The notes beneath the pieces were generated by a model. The model saw nothing but the letters and a program-made list of their open reading frames with translations. It was not told where the DNA came from and made no database searches. Source: Pseudogymnoascus verrucosus (lineage: Eukaryota). From it: a DNA stretch of 47,828 bases. Location of the stretch: assembly GCA_001662655.1 (NCBI GenBank), contig KV460283.1. One strand, written 5' to 3'. The translations under genes and the position numbers were made by a program. Shown piece by piece: positions 37,081 to 47,716 of this stretch (positions are counted from its first letter, which is position 1; every line of letters begins with the position of its first letter).

Positions 37081-37422
37081 CGCGACTTTGCCGCATCGGC
37101 TCAGAAAAAAAAGTTATGAGACATGGGAAGATACCTCGCGCCCCAGCAAAATACTGCCCATGACATTTGTAGACCCTGAGAACGGCGCCTAGTCCTTCTC
37201 AAAAGCCCATTGAATTGGTAATACTATAGACAGTAAGGTGTTCTCCCTTATTTCCTTTCTTTTTCTTGTCTCCGTCTTCGCTTCCTCTTTCTATCCTCAA
37301 AGCCTCCTTCCCTTCCTTCGCTTTCTGTTCTATCAGTATTGCGGATTAGGATCTATTTACCTCGACTGCCCCTCCAGTCAACCTATCCATCCTCCCTCAT
37401 ACCTCCCCCGCATATCTCAGAT

Positions 37423-40400
37423 ATGCATCTTCAGCAGCACCAGGAGCCCTTCGGTGGCCCCGCTGGTGACAGCAAATGGAACAAGGAGCAAGAGGCACCC
37501 TCCGCCGCAAAGCAGTTCACTCAGAAGTCTTCGGCTCTCCCATTCGGTCAGCCAATTGACTTTGCTTCTGTCAGCGGCCCTACCTATGTCACAGCTCAGA
37601 CTTTGGTCCAGCAAGTGGCATATTCATTGAGCGACAAGCTTTACAGCTACTCTCCAGAGACCTTCGACCTCGATATCTCAGCCAAGGGCTGGGCTGCGGC
37701 CAAGGCCAAGAATGCTCACGGATACCCTACCTCGATCTCTGCTATGCAGACCAGAGCTGGTGCCGGATCAATTGCCCTCGGATACATGTTCTCCAAGGAC
37801 TTCGATCTCTCCAAGAGGCATATCCCCCAGTCACTTCTGGCTTCCGCTGGCACCTTGAACCACCTCCGCCCAGCACTCGACCAACTCTCCCTACTCTACT
37901 CTGTCGCCAACCCTTTCGTTGCCCACATCACGGCGGTTGACTACGCATCTGGGTCTTCGAGCGGCCTTGTCACCGATTACACCTCCGCACTGGCAGTCGC
38001 AGAGGACCTCGGCCTTGGACTTGTCTCCAGCGCATCCCCATACGAGGCTCAACATATCTCTCTATTCGCTACCCTCCTGGCTACGGTTCTGCCAACTATC
38101 CACATCTACGATGGCATCAAGGTCGGACGCGACACTGTCCGCGTCATTGACGTCCTTGACCAGGCTGGATTGAAGGGTGTCTATACCGCTGTCTCCAAGG
38201 AGATTGCTGCCATTAGCAAGAAAGCCGATGTTGACTCCAAGGTCCAGCAAGTCCTGAAGGCGTTCAACGATGAGCTGGGCACCGCATATGACCTGTTCGA
38301 ATACCAGGGTCACGAGTCACCAGATACTGTTTTAGTTGTCTTTGGCACCGTGGAGGCTGCCTTGGCTTCTCAAGTCGCAACTAAGCTTTCCGAGTCAGGA
38401 AGCAAGGTTGGCGTTATCAATGTCCGTGTTTACAGGCCATTCGTCGAGGATGCCTTTATTGCCGCCCTCCCAGCGTCGGTCAAGACTGTTGCAGTTCTTG
38501 GACAGGTCCAGGATGCCTCGGAAGTTGCTGATAAGTCTGTGCGCTCCGCCCTTTTCGGCGATGTCACCGCTGCTCTCGCATTTTCGGACAAGTTCTCCCC
38601 TACCCTGGCTATTGTCGACAGCAAGTACGCCAGAGAGCAGTCTTTCACTCCAGGCTCCATTGCTGCGCTTTTCAGCCAGCTGGACACCAAGGCCGTTTCC
38701 GATTCCGAGGAGGTTTCTATCCAGCTTCTGGCAGCAGGCAAGGCCGAGCAATACACATTCTGGGACTTGGATGAGTCTGTTGCCAGAACTGCGCCAGCCG
38801 CAATCAGCAAGTTCCTTTCCAATGACTCCAAGACCAACGTCTTCCTTAAGCAGGCCTACGACAACTTCGTGCAGGGTGGTGTTGTCCGAAGCGACATCCG
38901 TAACTCTAAGAAGTCTATCGATACTTCTTACCCCATTGAGGAGGCTGACATTGCCGTCGTTGGCGATGAGAAGATCTTCAAGGACTTGGATGTTCTTGCC
39001 AGCCTCAAGTCTGGTGGTAAGCTCATCGTAAAGCTTCCTGGTCTTAAGGATGAGGATCTGGAGAAGAAGCTTCCTGCTTCCGTCCGCAGAGAACTTCAAG
39101 CCAAGAACATTGAGCTTTACGTTGTGGACCCAGCTGCATCTGCAGCTGTTGCCAAGGATGCTGCTCTTGAGACTCAACTTCTTGAGATTGCGTTCTTGAG
39201 AATTGCCCGCCCAGACGTGCTCACGAACGGACTGGACAAGCTGGTCGCCATCAGTGGCAATGCCGCTACCTTGGCTGAGATCGCCACTGATCTCGACAAG
39301 GCACTCCGTCAATTCGAGATCCCAACCGCATGGGCCGAGGTTGAAATCGATACGAAGGAGAGGGAGCTCCCCACGGATGTGCAGACATCCAGCTTCACTG
39401 CCTTCAACAAGGCTGAGGTTCAAGAGCCTGCTCTTCTTAAGGACTGGCAATCTGCCGCGAAGGGTCTTGCTTTCAAGGAGGCATATGGCACTGTTACCGC
39501 CCTACGCCCCGACCTTTCCGTCACGACGTTCACCGTCAAGGTCCAGGAGAACCGTCGTTTGACCCCGCAGACCTACGACCGTAACATCTTCCACATCGAA
39601 TTTGACCTCGGGACCTCCGGTCTCAAGTACAACATTGGCGAGGCCCTCGGTATCCACGCCAAGAACGATGAGCAAGAAGTCCAGATGTTCATGGTGGCCT
39701 ACGGCCTCAATGCTGATGATGTTGTCGAGGTCCCATCTCGCGAGGATGTGTCTGTCTTAGAGACACGCACTGTCTACCAATCTCTGATGCAAAACATTGA
39801 CATCTTTGGCAAGCCACCAAAGAAGTTCTACGAAGCTCTGGCCGAGTTTGCTACTGATGAGAACGAGAAGAAGGAGCTCCTGACTCTTGCTGGCCCCGAG
39901 GGTGCCAACGAGTTCAAGCGCCGCGCTGAGGTTGACACCATTACCTACGCCGATATCCTCCTTGAGTTCCCATCCGCCCACCCATCATTCCACGACATTG
40001 CACAGATCGTCAGCCCAATGAAGCGCCGCGAGTACTCCATTGCCTCCTCCCAGATGGTCAACCCAACAACCGTCGCACTGATGATTGTCGTTGTCAACTG
40101 GGTCGACCCCAAGGGCCGCGACCGCTTCGGTCAAGCCACCAGATACCTCAGCCAGCTCCCAGTCGGCACCGAGGTCACTGTCAGCGTCAAGCCTTCCGTC
40201 ATGAAGCTCCCAGTCAAGGACTCCGCGCCTCTCATCATGGCCGGTCTCGGTACGGGTCTTGCTCCTTTCCGTGCCTTCGTCCAGTACCGTGCCATGCAAA
40301 AGGCTCAGGGTATCGAGATTGGCTCCATCCTTCTGTACATGGGCTCTCGCCACCAGCGCGAGGAGTACCTCTACGGCGAGGAATGGGAAGCTTACCAGGA

Positions 40401-40686
40401 CGCTGGTGTCATCACTCTCCTTGGCCGTGCTTTCTCACGTGATCAGCCTGAGAAGATTTACATCCAGGACAGGATGAGGCAGACCGTCGATGACATCATC
40501 ACTGCTTACATTGAGGAGGAGGGATCCTTCTACCTCTGCGGTCCTACATGGCCCGTTCCAGATGTTACGGAGGTTCTCGAGGAGGCTATTTCCAAGAATG
40601 CGAAGGCGTTGGGCAAGAAGGTTGACTCGCGCAAGGCGATTGACCAGCTGAAGGAGGAGCAGAGATACGTGCTTGAGGTGTATTAG
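37423..40686 (+). CDS. MET10: Sulfite reductase (NADPH) flavoprotein alpha subunit
   Basis: Intronless; first ATG at 37423. PFOR-like N-terminal region (MQTRAGAG, NVRVYRPF) and an FAD/NADPH module (RREYSIASS, MAGLGTGLAPFRAF, AFSRDQ, FYLCGP, RYVLEVY). Confidence 0.96.
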   Translation: MHLQQHQEPFGGPAGDSKWNKEQEAPSAAKQFTQKSSALPFGQPIDFASVSGPTYVTAQTLVQQVAYSLSDKLYSYSPETFDLDISAKGWAAAKAKNAHGYPTSISAMQTRAGAGSIALGYMFSKDFDLSKRHIPQSLLASAGTLNHLRPALDQLSLLYSVANPFVAHITAVDYASGSSSGLVTDYTSALAVAEDLGLGLVSSASPYEAQHISLFATLLATVLPTIHIYDGIKVGRDTVRVIDVLDQAGLKGVYTAVSKEIAAISKKADVDSKVQQVLKAFNDELGTAYDLFEYQGHESPDTVLVVFGTVEAALASQVATKLSESGSKVGVINVRVYRPFVEDAFIAALPASVKTVAVLGQVQDASEVADKSVRSALFGDVTAALAFSDKFSPTLAIVDSKYAREQSFTPGSIAALFSQLDTKAVSDSEEVSIQLLAAGKAEQYTFWDLDESVARTAPAAISKFLSNDSKTNVFLKQAYDNFVQGGVVRSDIRNSKKSIDTSYPIEEADIAVVGDEKIFKDLDVLASLKSGGKLIVKLPGLKDEDLEKKLPASVRRELQAKNIELYVVDPAASAAVAKDAALETQLLEIAFLRIARPDVLTNGLDKLVAISGNAATLAEIATDLDKALRQFEIPTAWAEVEIDTKERELPTDVQTSSFTAFNKAEVQEPALLKDWQSAAKGLAFKEAYGTVTALRPDLSVTTFTVKVQENRRLTPQTYDRNIFHIEFDLGTSGLKYNIGEALGIHAKNDEQEVQMFMVAYGLNADDVVEVPSREDVSVLETRTVYQSLMQNIDIFGKPPKKFYEALAEFATDENEKKELLTLAGPEGANEFKRRAEVDTITYADILLEFPSAHPSFHDIAQIVSPMKRREYSIASSQMVNPTTVALMIVVVNWVDPKGRDRFGQATRYLSQLPVGTEVTVSVKPSVMKLPVKDSAPLIMAGLGTGLAPFRAFVQYRAMQKAQGIEIGSILLYMGSRHQREEYLYGEEWEAYQDAGVITLLGRAFSRDQPEKIYIQDRMRQTVDDIITAYIEEEGSFYLCGPTWPVPDVTEVLEEAISKNAKALGKKVDSRKAIDQLKEEQRYVLEVY

Positions 40687-41244
40687 ATAATTGATCTTTT
40701 GTATATAAAAGCGAGCGTTTGAATGATAGAAGCTCAGTATTTAGTTTTTGGAGGGGATTCATAGGTATCAATCATTTAAAATACCAGATTGTATACTACT
40801 CGACCTCTTGTTGCTACCTCTCTCTACTGTGAATGCCGTCGGTGATGCCGCTGTCCTACCTGTGCTGGCCCACAACACTTAATAATGATACCTTCCTTTA
40901 ATATTATTCGAGTACAGCATACCCTGTCTTGTCATTCTCCCGACCGTCCATTCAGGAGTGTTGATTGCTAAAAGGTGGTGTGGCCGAAGTTGATGTGGGT
41001 GGTGTGGGTGGGTATGAGTGGCGCCCAGGTCCAGGCCTAGAGTGGAAGCGTCAGTATTGGGTTATCGTTGAATAACCGCAGTATACCCATCTTAAACCTC
41101 AACCCCAGACAACGCTGCGTTGGCACCAATTGGACGGACATTACACTGGCGCCAACAAAGCCGCGCATCTCACAGTAACAATTTCAGCAGGCACTACCTG
41201 CACATATACCACACATCGCCATCGCACCCAGACAATAAGCAATT

Positions 41245-42963
41245 ATGCCAGACAGCAGCAAACGTCCAACCCAAGCAGGGGCACCAGGACGGAACACAAA
41301 GAACAACCCTACCGACACCGGATCCGACACTCTGTCCAGCACGCCGCCACAAAGGGAGCACAAGCCAAAGACAAAGCACGCAGTGGGCCACCGATTACAC
41401 GGCAGGGTCCCCAGCACCCGGGCGCTCCAGAAGTTGAAGGCGCACGCAGGCGAGCGCGATGCCAGCAAACTCCTCCGGCGCCAGACATCAACACCAGGGA
41501 GTCCCACGACGCCAACAATGGAGGGCATAGACGAGCCCAAGTTTCCGCGCGGTGAAACCACCGCGGCCACCCGCCCCAGCACCCTGCGCCGCAACAAGTC
41601 GCACGGCGAAGTCAAGAAGGCGGCCAAAGTCGCCACGGCCATGAAGCGCTCCGCGAGCCATACAAGTATCAGCCACCAGAGCAAGTCGAGCGTACACTTC
41701 GACCTCGCAAACACTACAACTAACGGCGACGACCACGACGACGGCTGGACTGAAGCAAGCGGCTCTGCCTCACCGTCACTCTCCCGCGCCAACTCAGTCG
41801 CAGGCGCCTCCTCCGGCCGCAACTCCGCTAGACCCCCCGCGAGCGCGGCAAACTCTATACCACCCTCCCTCGCTGCCTCGCCGGCGAAACTCCGCATCGA
41901 CGCCCGCGACTGGTCACAGCACGAGAGGACACACAGCGCGCCGGACGCGCACCAGATAACCTCTCGACTCCTGCAGCGCGCGCCCTCTCAAGGTGCCGCG
42001 CCAAAGATGTCTACTGTATCCGCGACGGCTGTAGCCCCCGGGACCTCGCAAGTCAGCGACCTAGCCGCCAGCTCTGGATCCGCAACTCCCCACACCGACT
42101 CGCACAAATCGGAGCTGATATCACGCTTCAAGGGGTCCGGGTCAGGCACACCCGGCGACACCTCGCCCTTCCTCCAATCCCACCATCCTACATCTACAAA
42201 GAAAGCAGAGGCTGCCAATGGTGCCGCAGCCAATGAATCCGACGCCGCAAACTTCGCCCTCAACAGCCGCCGCGCAAAATCAATGTCGAACCTCAAAGCC
42301 CGCGGCATCGAGCCCGATGACTCCTCCGACGACGACCGCGCGCTAGCCCCCAGAAGCAGGAAATCAAGCACCCACTACATCCCCCCCCAGCAATCACGTA
42401 CACAGCAGAAACTCTGGCTCCAGCGCGCGTCTTCGAATATCGAGCCCGCGCAGCTCGCGCCTGCTGGTGCGCTTGGGTTAGGTCTAGGGGGGTTGCCGGT
42501 GGGTATGGGTATGGGAATGGGGATGGGGCTTAATGTGCATGCGTCGCCGCTGGTGGGGAGTATTGGGAGTGGATACGGCCCGGAAGGTGGGGCGGGGGAT
42601 CCGAGGATTAGGATGCAGCTTGAGAAGACGGGGTCGGCGTTTATGGTTGTGCGGAGGCATCAGGATCCCATTGCGAAGAGTGTGAGGAGGTTGCTTGTGT
42701 TGCCGGGGGGGGAGAAGGGGAGGAGGATTCCGGGGACGGGGAGGGTGAAGGCGGGGAAGGGGGTGGGGCTTAGTCAGAGCTTGAGGGAGGGGAGGTCGAG
42801 GGGGGGGCTGCCGAGTGGGAGTTTGGAGGAGGAGAGGCCGAGGGCGAGTTTTGAGGTGGGGAGTCCGGTGGGGAGTGTGGAGGGTGGGGGGGATGATGAT
42901 GGGTTAGCGGCTATTTTGAGGGGGTTGTGGGAGAAGGGGCCGGAGTTGAGCTCGAGTAGTTGA
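41245..42963 (+). CDS. TCO89-domain protein (putative TORC1 subunit)
   Basis: 572-aa S/A/G-rich, disordered-type ORF containing SRTQQKLWLQRASS and a downstream VVRRHQDPI, which I recognise as the TCO89 domain. Confidence 0.72.
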   Translation: MPDSSKRPTQAGAPGRNTKNNPTDTGSDTLSSTPPQREHKPKTKHAVGHRLHGRVPSTRALQKLKAHAGERDASKLLRRQTSTPGSPTTPTMEGIDEPKFPRGETTAATRPSTLRRNKSHGEVKKAAKVATAMKRSASHTSISHQSKSSVHFDLANTTTNGDDHDDGWTEASGSASPSLSRANSVAGASSGRNSARPPASAANSIPPSLAASPAKLRIDARDWSQHERTHSAPDAHQITSRLLQRAPSQGAAPKMSTVSATAVAPGTSQVSDLAASSGSATPHTDSHKSELISRFKGSGSGTPGDTSPFLQSHHPTSTKKAEAANGAAANESDAANFALNSRRAKSMSNLKARGIEPDDSSDDDRALAPRSRKSSTHYIPPQQSRTQQKLWLQRASSNIEPAQLAPAGALGLGLGGLPVGMGMGMGMGLNVHASPLVGSIGSGYGPEGGAGDPRIRMQLEKTGSAFMVVRRHQDPIAKSVRRLLVLPGGEKGRRIPGTGRVKAGKGVGLSQSLREGRSRGGLPSGSLEEERPRASFEVGSPVGSVEGGGDDDGLAAILRGLWEKGPELSSSS

Positions 42964-43585
42964 GGAGGGAGGAAGAGGGGATGTGTTTTCTTGGGGGAAG
43001 GAGTAAGCGCTGGGGAAGTGTGGTGTTCATCTAGTTGGCTTGGGGTGTTATGGAGCTCATTGGGGGTGGACCATCGGCGTCTTACTTATTAGCTACGCTG
43101 CGGGAGGCATATTGTATCTTATAGAGGGTGTAATGAACAAACTTGAGAACCAATCGTCCTCCTGACATTGTCGTTGGCATGAAGTAACCGCAGCCTCGGA
43201 TTTACACACCGTGGAGATACTATGCTACAATAGCTATTCTCGCATTGCCTGCACAGTACAATAAAGCCACTTCCCAGGGTTGAAGCTGCGGGATTTGGCA
43301 GGGCGTGGTTGTTCCCTTACGCGCCCTCTACCTCCTCTTGGGGAAAGTACCGGAATACGCATACAAAACCGCATGGTGTCTCCGGTGGACTGGCGCAACA
43401 GAGCAGAAGGCTTTCACGGTAGAATACAGTATATAGAATAAATTGACCACTTAGATTGTTATACTATATATGGGCCTATGTACACTGTTTGTAGAGTTCA
43501 GGGGGCCCATGAACCCTAACCATCAAAGACCTCCGAGGCTCGCCCAACAGCGACTGAACTTAGTGACTACGTACAAAGACGACCA

Positions 43586-43635
43586 CCAGCCAACCCCAGC
43601 CAACCCCAGCCAACCCGAGCCAACCCGAGCCAACC
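43586..43635. repeat. 10-bp minisatellite (C[CG]AGCCAACC) x5
   Basis: CCAGCCAACC x3 followed by CGAGCCAACC x2, read directly. Confidence 0.9.
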
Positions 43636-44578
43636 GGGTAGCTGGGCTATCCCCCAGGAAAGATCCGTCATTTCGGGTGGTTTTCCCTCGACACATTCTT
43701 GCCTTCTTGTCGCTGCATTATAAGCCTCGTCTTGGCGTTCTGTGCCGGCGTTTAGAGTCGAAAAAGGGGCGCGGTCAGTAGCGAATGATGTAGGTGCCGC
43801 CGCGGTGGTGTTGGGGGCGGACGACGCAACGAAATTATTACTGTGGCAAAAATGTAAGTTCTCGAGTTCGTACGTAACTTTGTTAGTGGTGATGGATATG
43901 GATATTGTCCTTGGTGTTTTTCAGGGATGAGTGGGTGTCGTTTTCATTTTTCACTTTTCACTTTTCACTTGTCGTAGTGGCTGTGCTTGGTAGTAGGGAG
44001 AGAGGTGCCGCGGATACGGGAGTAGAAGTAGATGCACAACATTTAAAAGCATGTGATACGTATATCCATCGAGTAGTTAAGGTGGTATATTTCCAATCCA
44101 GGACCTATGTGCTAGCAAGCTGGCACGGCTGGTAGGGGGCGTTTGCTCGTGTTCGGTGAGTCTCACTTGAAACGAGACGATTTCTGAGGCGTATTTTGGC
44201 CATAGCAGGGGGAGGGCGGTGAATGGAATGGGACAATTGACGTAGGTGGCTGGCCAATCTATCTACAGGCCTTGCTTGTTATTGCGGACTTGTATGCAGG
44301 TAGGGGTAGTGTGAGAGTCGAGGCGGAATCTCGCCGTAGAAGGGGAACGGAATGGTATGATGGAAGTAGCCGGCCAGCCAATATATCTCCAGGCCTTACA
44401 CATTGTTTCAAGGTACCATGCAGGAATGGGTACCGACATCCAGCAGGCTGGAATCGTCCCGTTATAATGTACATGGCAGCTCCAGGCCTTGGGGGCGGCT
44501 TGAAACAAAGACAAGAAACCGTCGATCTTTTCTCAAGAAACACATCTTTCTCTATTTTCCACCATTCTACGAGCTATC

Positions 44579-46317
44579 ATGTTGAAACTCGCCCATTTTA
44601 TTCTCGTTCTAGCGGGAGGCACACTCTCAACCGCACTCCCAGCCATTAACCTGTTCTCAGGAGCAGGCAATGCAAACAGCGATGTCTGTAAGCAGGACTT
44701 CGGCCCATGGGATCACAGTTGGACAACGACCTCGTGCACCGTCGACGAGGTTGTCAACACGGGTGGGAAATACAGCGCGCGCGAGCGATGGATGGCAGCC
44801 AATGCAACGCAAGCATTTCTTGGGGCTCAGTGGTGCTGGCTTTTCTCTCGGTCTACTAACCACTTTAGTTTCTCCCAGTCGGTCAGCAACTATCTCCATG
44901 GCCCGGACGGTATGAAGTGCGAGATCCTCGATGCCTCTGGCGGGTCTCTCTCTGGTTGTAGCGGTGATCATGGGTGTGATGAGGCTGGTCACGCTGCAGG
45001 GTGAGTCTTCTCAAACAGCGGTATGCAAGATCCGTTGCTAATGATAGTCCTTATAAGCTTTCAAATCCTCAATTCCATGTCCACACTTCATAAACTGCAT
45101 CAAAGCACTTACGACTCTTTGGGAAAAGCGAAGGATAGTATTATTGCTCGGGTTGGGGTGTTCTCCAGCGTTTTTTCCCCTTCAATAGATGAGTTGAAAG
45201 ACTTCAAGATTTTTCTAGATATCATCGGAATGGGGTTTGTGCTTGCAGTTGCCCCATTGTGGAACTCTGGTATGTACCATCGCTCTACTTCCTTCTCTGT
45301 TGATTTCCCTTTCCAATATGGAATTTATAATGTTGATAACAACTCATAGCGTTTAAAACTGTCTTGTTTGCTGGTAAACCAAACGCTCTTGGGATATCGA
45401 AAGATTCTGTAAATGGGATGGTGTCGAACGGTATATCACTCGGAAAAGACACTGCTTCTCAACCTCACAGTGCTCTCGGGACGCAGAACACGTTATCAGA
45501 CAAAATTTCCCGGATGATTGATGCCTGGATGGGGTTGGTCAAAGATACAAATACTGTGATGTTCTCTGGGACCAACGACCAGGGGGGTTTGAAGCTGCTA
45601 ACTGACATAATTGGCGAAGGGAACCTTCTTGAGGATAGTTATCAAGTTATTGTTGACGCAGCAATGGCCATCCCGATTATGGAGACGGTCATTTGGGCAT
45701 TCATGATACCTATGGCTTGGGCCATGTCAAATAAGGACGTTCATCCATTTCTTATGTAAGATTGCGCCTCCATTGGCCTAGCACAAGTAGCCACCATGTT
45801 AACCTTCATTTCCAGGATTTACGATGACAAAAAAGAGAAGGTCCGATGCGACAGTCCACCACCCGAAGGCTTCTTTACCAGTAACAAGAAAGTCGTTGTC
45901 TGTGTTGATGGCAAGGCATACTGGCTTTCTAACGCTTCTGGCAAAGCACAATCGTGTGTCCAAGACTATCAACATGTACGGTTTTGCAGCAACAATAAAT
46001 TTAGCACGCCGCCTGGGATCGATCAACTCGCTGCCGATGGAAAAAACAACCCTTGGGGAGGTTTAAGTGTGGTCGACATCGTTGTCAGCTCAGTTGCTAG
46101 CTACAAAGCCAACGGTGACAAAAACGGCTTCGAGTTGGACCCTTCGAACGGCCCTGCAGTCAGCGATCTTGCATCGAATGGGAAACAAGCTGCAGGCGTC
46201 TTTACGTTGCCCATATGTTCTGAGAAAGAGGCATCTTCGAATTGGGCTCAAGCAACTTCGGATAGGCCTAGCGTTCGTATAGATAAGACGGCAAGAAACT
46301 ACCCTTGTAATCAATAG
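44579..46317 (+). CDS. Secreted Cys-rich protein (513 aa), resembling the non-catalytic C-terminal region of some fungal GH18 proteins
   Basis: Signal peptide MLKLAHFILVLAGGTLSTA. Exons 44579-45000, 45058-45269, 45350-45755 and 45816-46317 are all phase-compatible (1542 nt). No GH18 DxxDxDxE motif. The family resemblance is from memory (ERW..A....AF, FSQSVSNYLHGP, AGFQILNS). Confidence 0.75.
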
Positions 46318-47129
46318 GGTGCTGGCGAGGTTGGACATGCAGAAGTAAAAGGAGGGGAGGAGAGAGGGGACAGAAGCGGCTGTTATGGTGTCGGCGGGGA
46401 GGGTAGAGGGGAGCGGAGAGAAAGAAAGGAGGGTGAGAAGGGGTGCTGGGGGGAGGAAGGAGGAGGAGAGCTGTTTAATTGAGGCGGTCATTTTCGTCGA
46501 TATGAGGGAGTGCGCGGGATATTAATTAGAGGGTTTGCTTGTGTTTTATTGCGTGCTTGAGAAGAGAACACTCTTACCACAAGAGCTTTATCTCCTACTC
46601 TGTTTGTTAGTACTGCTGGTGTTCTATCGTCGATTCCTACAATCGTTCTCCACTCAAAATACTTCAAACTTATGTATTATTTAGATTTTCCTAGCTCATC
46701 AGATTTCATTAAGGGAGGGGGGCTTTGGTGCCGGTCTAGGATTATAAAAGTCAATATTATTCATGTTCACAGCAGCCGTGTTAAAACATAGTACAGGACA
46801 ACGGGTGGGCAGTCTCGAGAACGTCGATTTCTCGAGCGAAAATGGTGGGGCGTATATAGATATTCTAACAGTCGCTCCGCTGTTTTCTTCGACGACAAGC
46901 AGCTCTTGGACGCTCTCTGTGCCGCCTTGTCATCACACAAAACCGTACATTCAGATAAACATCAACTGCGAGGTGAGCTCGGTCACTAAACTGCTCAAAC
47001 TTCAGCCATGCCAAAAATTCACCGCCGCGGCCTCCATACCCATCATCCCCAACCCCCCAACGACCCAAAAAAAAATCGATATCAAAAAGAAACATCAAAA
47101 AGAAATACCGAAGTATCGTAATGTAATAG

Positions 47130-47201
47130 TGACCTACGCAGGGATCGAACCTGCAATCTCTTGATTCGTAGTCAAGCGCCTTGCCATTGGGCCAGCAGGC
47201 C
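47130..47201 (-). tRNA. tRNA-Arg(ACG), copy 1
   Basis: Minus strand GGCCTGCTGGCCCAATGGCAAGGCGCTTGACT-ACG-AATCAAGAGATTGCAGGTTCGATCCCTGCGTAGGTCA. Confidence 0.95.
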
Positions 47202-47372
47202 TATTATTTTGATTTACGGACCCCCTAACCCTCCATTCCAATGAGCCGTCGTTGCGTTGCGTTAGCAAAAAAAAAGTTATAAAAAAAAAGGGCGCCTATA
47301 AAATAAAAAGTGGGTCGGTTTTTGGCGAAAACGGCAAAAAAAATGTACTTTTGGAAATACAACTGGATATTT

Positions 47373-47444
47373 TGACCTACGCAGGGATCGAACCTGCAAT
47401 CTCTTGATTCGTAGTCAAGCGCCTTGCCATTGGGCCAGCAGGCC
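47373..47444 (-). tRNA. tRNA-Arg(ACG), copy 2
   Basis: Identical to copy 1, offset by 243 bp. Confidence 0.95.
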
Positions 47445-47716
47445 AGTTATTTTGATTTAAGGTTCGTTAGTGTTGTATTTATGCCCTACTGTGAATGATC
47501 ACATGCTGTAGGGCGAGATTTGGTTTGGTGCGGGGTTGGGTTGGGTGAGGTGGGGTACGGGTGTGTCGGTTTACACATGATAGTGAGAGATGACGGATGG
47601 GGGTTTTGGTAGGCTGAACAAGATGAATGATATTTTTGCTATTGAGTATATTTTTATATTATGGACTGGAGTAGGTGAGGCTCATGTGTTGTAAATTGGT
47701 TATTGTTACAGGGATA

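Noticed and set aside
37339..37422. ORF-track N-terminus of MET10 (TTG start)
   Set aside because: Pyrimidine-rich 5' UTR-like sequence; the first ATG is at 37423.
38395..39450. 351-aa minus-strand ORF and other ORFs overlapping MET10, KCH1 and the SNF2 gene
   Set aside because: Antisense or alternate-frame shadows of well-supported genes.
43586..43635. Short repeat array as CRISPR-like
   Set aside because: Contiguous 10-bp units with no spacers, in a eukaryotic context.
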